Shown one piece after another: positions 22,231 to 34,378 of a stretch of DNA of 64,000 bases (position 1 is the stretch's first letter; each line of letters starts with the position of its first letter). The position numbers were made by a program, and so were the translations under genes. This DNA is from Chlorokybus atmophyticus (taxonomy: Eukaryota; Plantae; Mesostigma and Chlorokybus algae), in the NCBI GenBank assembly GCA_009103225.1, contig RHPI01003516.1:181942-245941 (forward strand), given 5' to 3'. The notes under the pieces were generated by a model. It ran no database searches, had not been told where the DNA came from, and saw only the letters and a list, made by a program, of their open reading frames with translations.

Positions 22231-23579
22231 TCAACGCGCCAGTGCCGGACGCCACGAGCAAGCCGCGCAGCTAGTGAGCGCCAACCGCTTCGACAACGTG
22301 TGCAGACTGTTTCCCAAACTAGCCACAGGAGGCTTCTATGAACTGCAGAACGGACTTGCGCCTCCTGATCTTCATCACCCCCACGCTTGCATGGTACTGT
22401 GCATGCTTACCGTATTCGTGTGGGATCGCGTTCTGCCTAATCTCGCGGGTAAGAGGGGCCTTGTTGCCTAGTAGGCGATAGCTGTCAAGGCAGACACCAT
22501 CGGGCATTAATGCGCGGCTAGGTAGTTGTACTTGGGGTGTCCCAATAAGACGAAAACTTCAAGGCGACTTCGTTGCAGCGCTCATTATACTGCCACGCCG
22601 TGGATGCAGGCAGCAAAAGGCTTGCCCAGGCCCCCCTTCTTACATGTGTGCGCGCGCACGCATGCGTCGATATGTGCGTGTGTATATTCGTGCACACGTT
22701 CACGAAGCATATTTGTATGTAAGCCTACGTGTGCAAACGTGCCACACAAGCATGTGTTGAATGTGCTGGTTGAAACAACGCCACACACAAAACACATGCG
22801 CGCACACACGCATAGACGTCAATGCAGCGTGGTTCATGTATGAGCAACTCCTAATGTAAATGGGCAATACAGCGACTGCAACAGCCATACATTGTAATGT
22901 TGTGTACTGCAGTCTATACACACTACGAGCATACCATCTTTTGTACATATGTAGATGGGTGCGTGCCGCGCTATGCTGCTCTACATTACACGGCTACGCG
23001 CACACACCGCACGCATAGCACACACACCACGCCCAGCGTTACACACGTCACGCCGCTGCGTTACCCACGCCCACCATGCTGCTGCACCGCCCAGCGTCAA
23101 GCCAGTCAGTCGACCCTGCAACCCACCTGCAATAGTATTGATAACACGTTGCAATCACAAGCTAGTGTTTAAGAATGTTGGGATGGTAACTGCTTCTGTT
23201 GAGCTATTGACGCATTCACATGAGGCATGTGTGCACATCTGTATCAGAACAGTTGTCTGCAAGCCAACTGTTGGTGGTTGCGAGACGGGTCGAGACAAGT
23301 ACTATTCGCACGGGAAGCATATGCAAATTTGCAGGTCATACGATGGCAACAACAACAAAATCTAATACATGTACATGACCTGGTATGCTGGCTGTAGTAA
23401 AGTCAAGACACGGCGTTACAAGCATGGCGACAACAACGCCAAACAAACTACTGATACTCAGCCAGCCGTCCATGCACCTCAACATTCTTGTCACCAACAC
23501 TGCCACAATGTACCTGGCCTGCCACAACCCCGCGGTCGTCGCTCAACGCCCACGCGCACGCCCACTCGCTCGCGTCAGT

Positions 23580-25470
23580 CTCATGCATGCACAACAACGC
23601 GAGGCGTGCAGCCACTACCCCCCTCTGAACATTCACACGTAAAGTGCAAGTCAGTACAATCGGTCTTGTTTCCCAAGCATACAAGTTAAGTTGTGTACAT
23701 AACGCACACACGAGTACGCACACGCACAGTGTGTACTGATGCGGTGGGTATAGGAAACTCCTAAACAGTACAAGCGGCACAATGTCTGGAGGTAGTGCGT
23801 ACAAGTGCATTGCATGTATCCAGATGATTCAAGAGACAATTGACAACCACCTTAGGACAAGCGATGGGCGCCTAGAGCAAGCATGGGTTGCATTGCAGAA
23901 TTGCATCTGTAAGATCTTGAGGTGATGAAACTCGGATTTGATTGTCTGCTTGACACTTGGGCTGCCATGCCACGCGCATGCAGCCAAGTGCATGAGTGTG
24001 CGTGCAATTGCTGTGGTGTACAATGAGTGTGTGCATAGACGTACCAGAAGAGCCAGCAGTGAATCAGGGTGCAGCGGCGTGCATGCACGAGAAAGCAACA
24101 AAGAATGGGGAGAAGGCAAAGGTGAAAAGGGGGCGAGAAGAGAAAGGTTAGAAGGGGGGAAGAATGAACGAGAGAGAGATGGCAAGACGGCAGGTGGACT
24201 TCTGCTAATTACCAAGGAAACAGCAGTAGTTGCTAGTCACCCGCCTCAACCCACTGCTTCCGCCCTCATGCGCCGTCCCCGCCAGATCTTGTCGCGCTGC
24301 CACTGTGACAATGATCATCGGCTTGTCCTTGAGGGCGGGGGCGGCGGCAGCGTTGTGGTCGTCGCCGTGGGATGAAGTAGGCGTCATTTTTGCCACCTGG
24401 CCAGTGGGCATACCACCACCGCTGCAGCATAGGTTGGCACTCACTCCGCCGCTTTTGATGCTCTCATGGCCACACTTGCATGCACCCAGCGGTCTGATCA
24501 GGTTTGTGTGATTAAGAAGACATGTTCATGGGGCGGGTGATTGCACAAATGGGCGTGTGGGGTGAGTGTATTGAGAATATGTCATCGCGTGCAAGTCTGC
24601 GAGTATCAACGAATAGAAGTGTTTGCGAGTGTCAGTGCGAGAGAGAGTACATGTCTGTGACTGAAGAGCATATGCATGTGGAATTGTATGTGGGGGACTG
24701 CATGTGTAGATGAGTGGTGCGCTCAAGTTTGATCGATGCAGTGGATGTGTATACGTTTAGTTGTAGGATGCAGCGTTTTTGCAACAGATGCATAATGCAC
24801 GGGTGTCATGCTGTTGGCCTTCCGCTGCAACACCAGATCCGCATGCAGCTGACAGCATCCCTGAAAATTGTACCATGCTCTGTGTTGCAATTGCTTTGCG
24901 AGTGTAGCCTGTCTCAGCAATGTACTCAATTTGCTTGCTCGCATGGATGCAGCATGCTTAGGAAGCCACCCAACCATCATTTTCTTGACAGGGCAGCACG
25001 GAGAGAGCCGCAGTGATATACGACGCAATAATACATCATTTGCAGCATCCACCATTGATTGCAACAGCGCGTCTCGGCGCTGTCTCGTCCGCTCGAAACG
25101 CTTGTTATTTATTTTATTTCTTCCCTGGGCACACTGCCTGCACCAAGAGGACAGGCTAGTGCGCATAGCCTCGCCTAGCAGTGACTATAGTCAGCTAATG
25201 ATGCATGGCTTGTCACATAGCCTTACCCAACTAGGGATAGCTGTGCGGCAAACGGTTGGTTGGTTGCCTATGACAGGGGGCGATGTGGTTGCACATGCCC
25301 GATTACATGGGTAGAGACTTGCCATCATGTGTAGTGTACGACTGTAGAGTACAAGTGTAGAGTACAAGTGTTGCTAGACAATAATACACACGTCATTTGG
25401 ATGGCAGTTTGTATGCTTTCATATGAAGAGGATGGGACATCCTGGTCCACCCTGCTTCGGGTGTAAGTGA
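23580..25470 (+). repeat. Repeated block P+Q copy 2, with TM-X internally deleted, abutting the TNL stop codon
   Basis: 23580-24480 aligns to 45390-46440; only TM-X N-terminal (~25040-25100) and C-terminal (~25140-25270) remnants remain. Confidence 0.8.
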
Positions 25471-25471
25471 G

Positions 25472-28400
25472 TCAACCGAAATTGTACATGTATAAATCAG
25501 AAGCCAGCTGGCGCCCTACCCGTGCAGTCAAAACTTTGTCAGGAAGGCAGGACGACGCCAAGTTGTCGCACCCAAGTAGGTCCAACTGTTGCAGAGCAGC
25601 GAGGTTGCCGAAGGACTCCGGCAGCGACGCCAAGCTGTAGCACCCAAATAGGTCCAACTGTTGCAGAGCAGCGAGGTTGCCGAAGGACTCCGGCAGCGAC
25701 GCCAAGCTGTAGCACCCAAATAGGTTCAATTTTTGCAGAGCAGCGAGGTTGCCGAAGGACTCCGGCAGCGACGCCAAGCTGTAGCACCCAAATAGGTCCA
25801 ACTGTTGCAGAGCAGCGAGGTTGCCGAAGGACTCCGGCAGCGACGCCAAGCTGTAGCACCCAAATAGGTCCAACTGTTGCAGAGCAGCGAGGTTGCCGAA
25901 GGACTCCGGCAGCGATGCCAAGTGGTCGCACTCGGATAGGTGCAGAATATGCAGAGCAGCCAGGTTGCCGAAGGACTCCGGCAACGCCAAGCCTTTGCAC
26001 CCGAATAGGTCCAGAGTGAAGGACTTTGGCAGCGATGCCAAGCTGCACCTGGTTAAGAGCAGATTTTGCAGAGCAGCGAGGTTGCCGAAGGACTCCGGCA
26101 ACGATGTCAAGTTGTCGCACCCGGTTAGGTCCAGAATATGCAGAGCAGCCAGGTTGCCGAAGGACTCCGGCAACGCCGCCAAGCTTTTGCACCCGATTAG
26201 GCCCAGAATATGCAGAGCAGCCAGGTTGCCGAAGGACTCCGGCAGCAACGCCAAATTGTCACACTCGGTTAGGTCCAGCTCTTGCAGCTTAGCGAGGTTG
26301 CTGAAGGACTTTGGCAGCGATGCCAAGCTGCACCAGATTAGGACCAGATGTTGCAGAGCAGCGAGGTTGCCGAAGGACTCCGGCAGCGACGCCAAGTTGT
26401 CGCACCCGGTTAGGTCCAACTTTTGCAGAGCAGCGAGGTTGCCGAAGGACTCCGGCAGCGACGCCAAGTTGTCGCAACACCCCGAGTCCAACCTTTGCAG
26501 AGCAGCGAGGTTGCCGAAGGACTCCGGCAGCGACGCCAAGCTGCAGCAACTCAAGTCCAACCCTTGCAGAGCAGCGAGTTTGCCGAAGGACTCCGGCAAC
26601 GTCGCCAAGCTTCTGCACCCACTCAGGTTCAGCGCTTGCAGCTCAGCGAGTTTGCTGACAGACTCGGGGAGCATGCTCAAACGCCATGCAGTGAGATGCA
26701 GAGCCTGTAGCCTAGTAAGCTCGCCAAGCGCAGGCACCTCCTTAAGATCTAGACGGTTCTGTCTGTAATTGCCAGTGGGGTAGACCCGCAGCTCCAGGAC
26801 TTGCAGCTCCTTGAGGTTTCCTAAGAACTCAGTCCGCAGCCTTTTGACATTGAATCTGGTGATGTTTACATGTACGATGAGGACGACCAATGTTGTGTGT
26901 GCAGCGGCATTGCATAAGAAATTGTTCAAGGCTGAACAGCTCGCACTTTTCCACTCCAGATATACAAGGTCTTTTAAAACCCACTTGGTCACGAAAAATG
27001 CTTTTCTGATTGTTTGCACGAAAGAGTCGCACGCAGTGGTTGCACGCAAGAGTCGCACGCAGCAGCCTTCTTTCTTCCTTGTTTCTCTTTGTTGTTGGCA
27101 CGCAAGAGCGTGAGTGTAAACTTCGCCATCCCAATCAATCTTGCCAAGGTCCAGCATGCGGAGGCGAGGCATGAAGGCCATGCCTCGTAATGGTGGGCAG
27201 TTGACACCAGTCCAGGACATAGTCTCGGCGTTGTCAAAGCCCTGCATGCAACAACAACAACCCAATGATCAGCAAAACCCACGTGTTCACTCCACCAGCA
27301 TGTTGTAACATACTCCTAGGACACCGTGGATTGCAAGTTCTTATTGGATGCATGCATGCAGCAATCCTTGACAGGCCAGTAGAAAGGGACATGAGGTGAA
27401 GGAACCAAGATGGAACGTGGGCATTGCAAGCACCTTCATGGATATGGCGCTCAATGCCTTTGGCGACCAGATGTGCCTGGGCGGGTTGGCACAGTTGGCA
27501 ATCATTCGTCCCATGTCGCGAAGTTGGTCATGCACCGAAAGTATTGTAATTTTGCCACGACGCAGAGCTATATAACTCACATCCAAGCCCTGCCATTGGT
27601 GATCTTTGGACAAATCATCCAGGGCTCCACTTAAGCGAACGAGGGACCACTCCACCAGGCAATTCAGCGCATCTGACCCGCCCCACGCTGGAAGCAGCTT
27701 GTCCTTGCTCTTCCCCAACGCAAAGCAGCAGATATCCAAAAACACTTGCTGCGTCTCGGGTTGTAGGTAGTCGTAGCTGAGCTTGAGCTTGTCCCAGAGC
27801 TTGTTGTCAGCTGTACCTGCCACTGCGGTTGCCTGCTGCAGTCGCCACAATGCGTCTTTCCAAGCCTGTACATCACCCTTTCTGCGCGTGTGGAGAAAGG
27901 AGCCCACGACCTCCAGTGCAAGCGGCAGGCCCTCACACGCCTCGATGATATCTTCAACAATGGTCTTCAGATCTGCAGGCACTACTTCCGATCTGAAGGC
28001 ATGTTGACAGAACAGTTCTCTAGGGTACTGACCATCGAGTGGACCAACATCCTCCACCAACGTATGCTTCTCATGCCCCTTGATTAAGTTGCAACTACGA
28101 GAGGTCACCAGCACACGACTGCCGGTACCAAGCAGAGGGCTGGCGTCCTCCAAACCGAAAGGACCAAGCAGGGCTGCTTCTTGATCGTTGCTCCAGATGT
28201 CATCAACAACGAGCAGCACCTTCTGCCCCTGCAAGCGTGCCTTGAGAGTTGCCTTTCCTTCAGCAATGGAGTTGAACTTATATGTAGAGTTGGGATCACT
28301 CCCAAGCTGTTCAAGCATCTGCTGTTGCAGCTGTACCAGCCTCCCATTGTTTTGGCATGGTTCGTTTCCGACCTCTAGAAAGCAGCAGCTGCCAGCAAAT

Positions 28401-29333
28401 TCGCTGCGCAGCTTGTTGTAGATTGCCATTGCCAGCGTAGTCTTCCCAATGCCACCCATGCCCCATAGCCCTAGTAAGACGACCTTGCTTCCTCTGGTAG
28501 CAGCACTCAACTTCTCGAGTACAGCTTTAACGCGGCGATCGATGTCCACCGGGTTTGCGGCAACATCCAAAGGTGGGCGGTCCAACGTTTCCAGCACGTC
28601 GTCCACCACTTTCTTGGCTAAACAAACCGGGTCACTGACAAACAATAGCAACCATCAGGAAACCACACATGACAACCTTAGTGGAGATGTTTCCCAGTGA
28701 CACCTTACCCATTCTCAAGCCTCAGGCCCGTTTTTCCAAATGCTTTTGCGAGCGCATCACGGTATGCAGACTCATTCTGGATATATCGCTGCTGGCCACT
28801 CAGGCATGCGCTGAAAGCACAAAACGTGTTTGTAACCAGGAACGCAGCTGCCTGACTGACAAGTGACAGAGTGTAGGAAAGAATGCTCACCTGCGTATAC
28901 TTTGCTGAATTGTGACTTGTAGGCTGTCAAAGTCGTCATCGAAGAAGATGGGCTTGACGATGTTGGTTGGATTCTCCATCATGATGCGCAGCTCTTCCAG
29001 GCAGTACCAGGAGTCCCCGTAGTTACGTGACAGAACAGGCATTCTGATGCAAGCGGACTGTACATTTTGGGTGATCACAGTCCAGGCTTCGTCCCCGGGC
29101 TGCAAGCTGAGCTCATCCACAAAGCAGGTCAAGTTCACTTGCTTCAGAAGGTGACTTAGAAAGTAAACGAAGTTCTTCTTGACGTCCCCTCTATGGCTCA
29201 AGAAAATGTCACTGCCAGGGCGAGGGATGGTCTTCGACGGAGTCCATTTGCCTGTGATGTCAACGTGTAAGTTGGTTGTCAGTGGACTCAAGGTGACTGT
29301 AGACAATGGCACTTGATGAATTGAAATCTGCAA
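25472..29333 (-). CDS. TIR-NB-ARC-LRR (TNL) immune receptor, multi-exon; 5' end uncertain
   Basis: TIR DIFLSHRG...WYCLEEL (catalytic Glu); P-loop GLWGMGGIGKTTLA, kinase-2 VLLVVDDIW, RNBS-B GSRVLVTSR, CEGLPLAL, VHDQLRDMG; ~15 LRRs of 24 aa (LASLPESFGNLAALQQLDLFGCYS). Confidence 0.95.
25563..26650 (-). repeat. 72-bp LRR-coding tandem repeat; five terminal units nearly identical
   Basis: GCAGAGCAGCGAGGTTGCCGAAGGACTCCGGCAGCGA recurs at 25591, 25663, 25735, 25807 and 25879 (exact 72-bp spacing), then more diverged units. Confidence 0.95.
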
Positions 29334-29959
29334 CCTTCTTGCACATCAAGCTGCAAAGAGTAGCGCGAAACACATGCGCAGCATATGCAGCACCACAATC
29401 AGAAAGGCGCATCTGTGTTGTTCACCAGCTTACCGTCCTGATTTGCATTTGGAGCAGACATTGAGACAACCAAGCAAGCTCCCCGGTGTTAGCCTGCAGC
29501 AACAAGTGTTACTTGAGCTCACAATGCCTGTGCGCAACCATGACACACGCACGCAACCACATGTATAGGCTGCTGATACTCAAGTATATAGCTGCACTAG
29601 CAGCACGGTGCTTGCCAGCGGAATGCAATGGAGGGCATGGACTGCACACTGATGACAGGCAGCGTGTGCTTGTGCTACCTGCGCATGCAGTCTCTGGCCG
29701 CAACAATTCCGTGCGCAACTCTAACGACAATGCACCAAGCAAGCCCTAAAGTGAGTGTACCAAGAACCGTACATGGCTGCAGGCGAGTTCGACTCTACGC
29801 GCAATGTATCGTGAACGGCCACTTGTAATAACTCACTACCTATGAGGCTGCGGCCTAGCACAATGATAAACTGAACGTTTGCCGACCAGTGGAGTGGTTT
29901 TCGCTGACGGATGCGCTTGGACAATATGTAACGAAGTTAATTTCCTGCCATGGCGCTGC

Positions 29960-30960
29960 CGTCCAACGCCAGCACCGCCAGCTTGCAAGTGGCATGCATG
30001 TCTGTCAAGCATTGCATGGCCTATCTGCGTTTGGCTAGCTAGCTGGCATGCTGCTCTGGCATGTTTGCTCGCGACAACCAGCGGCGAGCAAACATGCCGC
30101 ACACGACCAGAAACGGCAACGCACCTTCGCCCGGTGCGGTCCAAGTCAGGCTTCAGCTGCGCTTTGCGTCCTGTCGGCCAACGTGCTTGTCCGCCTCCAG
30201 CTCAAGTGTCTGGGGCGTCGTCGTCGCCCCTCCGCCCCGCCTTCCGCCGCTGCTCAGCGCTTGCTCTGGTCCATGCCCATGCCGCCCGCTGCGTCCTCTC
30301 AAGGCTGACGCGGAGCCAGGTACCGTGACAAAGTGCCGCGGGAGAGCAACTCCAGATCAATGAACAAGTTGAGCGGGTTCGAACCTGTCGCGCATCATCA
30401 ATGTCATGACTTTGTCCTTGAATCAGGCGCCAAATAGCCTACCGCTGACCCTGACCGGTAACAGTGCTACCGGTAGGCCTATACAACGATGTCATGAAAA
30501 CCGCGTCGTATACCGGTAGCTGGTCTTGTAGTATGGTAGGTCTCCCGAACCCTTTGATACCGGCATCAATTCCCGGATTAATGTCATGTGCATGATGTGC
30601 TTTTAAGTCATGTCATGCTTGTACATGCATCAAGCAAGCTCACGCCTACTGCGGCAGCCACGGGCTCCACCCTGGGCCGGAGGATTCTGGCGCACATCTT
30701 CAATTCACATGCTCATGCTATAATAGCAAGCATGGCTGGCAAAGCTCCGGGAGGATGGTGAGAAGCGCAGCGCAGCTGGTGTCAGCTTCGTCCGTCAGCG
30801 CCATGCTGGGCGGCGCTGGTTAGCAAACGCCAACGGCGCAGCTGAAAGCTATCACGCCGGCCTTCTAACGTAAATGGCTACAGCTGAAAGCAAGGCTTCG
30901 GCCTTCCGCAGGTGCTATGCAGTTAGACTATATTTGCAATGCCTCGCCAAGGCTGCCCTC
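29960..30960 (+). repeat. Block Y upstream of the TNL, homologous to 53600-54650
   Basis: Shared stretches including an identical 32-mer AAGGCTGACGCGGAGCCAGGTACCGTGACAAA (30301-30332 = 53909-53940). Confidence 0.85.
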
Positions 30961-31629
30961 CACAAAGCTTGTCTAGCTGAACCTGAAACTTCACAGCCCG
31001 TGAATCAGCATGTGTACCGCATAAGTACCACACGCTGTACACGGACGTATGCATGCACACACACATGCACACATCTTCACGTTCAACTCTTTGGACATGT
31101 GTGCTTCTTGCAGCCATCAGTATGTCAGCTATTTGTGCGCAGCACTGTAACTTATTGCAAGCCTGCTGTGGTATTTGAGTATGTGCAGTTGCTCTGTTGT
31201 CAACGTTATCAGCGCCTTATAGCGGGCGGTAACAGTAATAGCTTGGTGCAGTCGCAGCGCTAGAAACTGTTGTGCACGTTGTAAACTGATGAACAGAAGA
31301 TTCAGATAAAAAAAAACAGTCCGCTTCTGTTACAGTAAACTCAGCTAACAATGCTTGACCCCCCCCCCCCCCCTCTCGGGGGCGGAACTGAAATTCTGAC
31401 AGGAAATGGGCGCACTGCACCCATTGTAAGGCTGGCCACCGCGCTTGGCTTAGCAGTAGAAGCAGAAGCTCTTGCTTGAGATGGGCGAACTGCTAATTTA
31501 GGCTGCCTGCAGTGCTAACTGCAGCTGCATCCATTGTCACTGGCGCCGGCTACTGGAACCATACATATCTCAACCGTGGTAGTGCTGGATATTATCTGAA
31601 CTCGGCGGCTCCTACTCCACCAAATGCTG

Positions 31630-31905
31630 CTATTGCGCAAGCCTAGAGTTGACCAGCTTAGGCTTGAAGAGTATTGAACACCGCGGCCGAATCTGCCTCA
31701 GTAACCTCGTGGTTGGCGTGGGCGGCCGCAGCAGTGGCAGGACGTGGAGCGGCTGTTGTTGTGGAGGTGCCGCTAGCTGTGCTGGACATTGTTGAAACAG
31801 GTGGTAGTGTTTTGCAAACTGACTGTGGGCGGCGTCGCCCTCAAGCTGTTCCCATTTTGGCACAGCCTAGCAGGTATGTGGCAGGCGTGAGGTTGACAGC
31901 ACCGA
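31630..31905 (-). repeat. Inverted copy of 53185-53430
   Basis: Reverse complement matches CACTACCACCTGTTTCAACAATGTCCAGCACAGCTAGCGGCACC and flanks. Confidence 0.85.
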
Positions 31906-32516
31906 ACCATGCAATCCATGTACAAGTGACGTAGCATTATCAACACTGCATTGTGTTTTTCAACCGACGTTACACATTGCTTTGTGCACACTCTCCACGG
32001 CCAAGTGTCAGCACGTGCAGGACAGAGTGGGTTTTACTGTGATAACTCTTCCTCTGCATTTGACGTGCCCACTCTTTCAACACACTACACACGAGTCGTC
32101 TCTCCCGCTCTCTCTTCCCCCACTCTCTCTCCCCGATGCCCCGAACACCCCACTCACAATCCGTGTTCTCACCCTCCTTCTATCACCAACTCCACACCCT
32201 CCCTCTCCACAGAAGCTTATAAGCAGCCACCGCCTCGCCCCTGTCCCCGCCAATGTACACGCGCGCAAGGCCAATGTCCGGCGGCGATCACGCGCGTTAG
32301 AGAGGGTGAGAGCGGTGCGGTGAAGGGTATGAGGAGAAGGTCGGGAGAGATGAGTCAGAGAGGAGTAGATCTCCTCCTCGGCCTGCGCACCGCCGAGGCG
32401 GGTGTGGTCGTGTTGGGTGGGTGGTGTTGGCGAGAGGGCGACAAGAGCCAGGGATTTGTCACGCTCCCATGTCGCGCTCTGCGGTCCAAGGAGGAGTGGG
32501 TGTGTCACACGCGCGC

Positions 32517-33073
32517 NNNNNNNNNNNNNNNNNNNNNNNNNNNNNNNNNNNNNNNNNNNNNNNNNNNNNNNNNNNNNNNNNNNNNNNNNNNNNNNNNNNN
32601 NNNNNNNNNNNNNNNNNNNNNNNNNNNNNNNNNNNNNNNNNNNNNNNNNNNNNNNNNNNNNNNNNNNNNNNNNNNNNNNNNNNNNNNNNNNNNNNNNNNN
32701 NNNNNNNNNNNNNNNNNNNNNNNNNNNNNNNNNNNNNNNNNNNNNNNNNNNNNNNNNNNNNNNNNNNNNNNNNNNNNNNNNNNNNNNNNNNNNNNNNNNN
32801 NNNNNNNNNNNNNNNNNNNNNNNNNNNNNNNNNNNNNNNNNNNNNNNNNNNNNNNNNNNNNNNNNNNNNNNNNNNNNNNNNNNNNNNNNNNNNNNNNNNN
32901 NNNNNNNNNNNNNNNNNNNNNNNNNNNNNNNNNNNNNNNNNNNNNNNNNNNNNNNNNNNNNNNNNNNNNNNNNNNNNNNNNNNNNNNNNNNNNNNNNNNN
33001 NNNNNNNNNNNNNNNNNNNNNNNNNNNNNNNNNNNNNNNNNNNNNNNNNNNNNNNNNNNNNNNNNNNNNNNNN
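32517..33073. other. Assembly gap (N-run)
   Basis: N-run in the sequence. Confidence 1.
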
Positions 33074-34378
33074 CGCTCTCCCCCTCCTCGCCTCCTTCCT
33101 GCCCCTCTCAAAGCGTCCCTCACCCGGATCTCGCAGGCAAAAGAGTCTCAAGTGGTGTTGATGGTGTCTGCGGCGGATGCAGTGCCTGGTTTACAACCTC
33201 CATTTTGGAAACGATGACGATGATGGTAAAGGCTGCCAATGCAACCTGTAATCGCGTGCTTCACATTGGCAATGCAACAAACCAGTTTTACACAACGATC
33301 TACACCGTATAGCATCGTCACAACCAATGTCGTGGGTATGGCTTCTCACCCCAGCAATGAGTTGACAGGAAGAGCATGGGGATGAGGTTGCGAGCATACA
33401 AGCACACAATTCAATCATCAACAAAAGGAGAGGCCAGCCCGACCCGCTCGCACGTTGAGCCGCACGCACCTTCGAGCCGTCTGAAGCCTCCGTTGAGCTC
33501 AACGCACACAGACCAATGCGCCTGCTAGGACCAGTAGTAGCCCAGAAACACCATTGGCATGAAAGCCAATGACAGGTCAGCAGACGGCGCTGTACAAACA
33601 GAGCATCCACAGCCAATGTGCACAAGAGCCTTGCAGCTCGCATAGTCAGTGTTGCTGCAATTGTCATTGCTGCTGTTGTCCTCTTCAGGTTGTTAAGGTC
33701 TTCAGAGTAATGTGGTACTAGGCTGGTTGTTTGAAAGAGGTTGGGGGAGCTGGGTGCCATCCCCACCCCTACCCCCACCCTGGCGTGGGGTGAGGTTAAA
33801 GCTCTCATGTCATGGCAGTTGCTTCACCTACAGAACGGTGCGATGGGTGTGGCGTAAGTCAAGGCAGTTGCTGCTCGTCACTTCTCTCTGGCGCACGTCC
33901 AAGCTCTTTGTCCCTGTTGCACCTGCTACACTAAGTATCTGAATCTCTCTTGCACACTTGGACCATACCAAGCTTTTCATAATAGTTCATGCCTTTCATG
34001 TCAACCACAGCAGTACAAGCGGTTGCCTGAGGCTGCCAATCGGTGAATGGACCCATCTGTTGCAATAACCCCCCTGTCTGCCTTTGACTCCAGTTGCAGA
34101 AGTTTGCGTGGCTCAACTGAGGTTGATGCGTGCTGTGGGTGCAGTTGACTATGTGCCTGTGAATGGGTGCGGAGAGCCATAGTTGTGTGTGTCTCAGTGA
34201 ACTTCCTGATTGTGGAAGCATAGCATAGGAGATCCCCGCAATGCGACCCTATGGTTACATAACCAGTACTCAACTCAGCACAACTGCCACTGGCTCAGCA
34301 AAAAAGCTCAACTCATGCATGGCATTGTCATCCAACAGTGCAACGCATATGCCCATCAACAAGAGGACTCTCAATGAT

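Noticed and set aside
22064-22620. Minus-strand fragments with a hydrophobic stretch (LLVASGTGALMLAGAAVGAALAVY) and coding-like text
   Set aside because: Interrupted by stops, with no recognisable family motif; cannot support a call.
25522-26768. Repetitive ORFs in alternative frames and on the + strand over the LRR array, and a CRISPR-like look of the 72-bp repeats
   Set aside because: They are shadow frames of the LRR coding repeat; there are no unique spacers or cas genes, and the context is eukaryotic.
29879-30363. ORFs within block Y and its paralogue at 53675-53962
   Set aside because: Reading frames are not conserved between the two copies, so they are treated as non-coding or long decayed.
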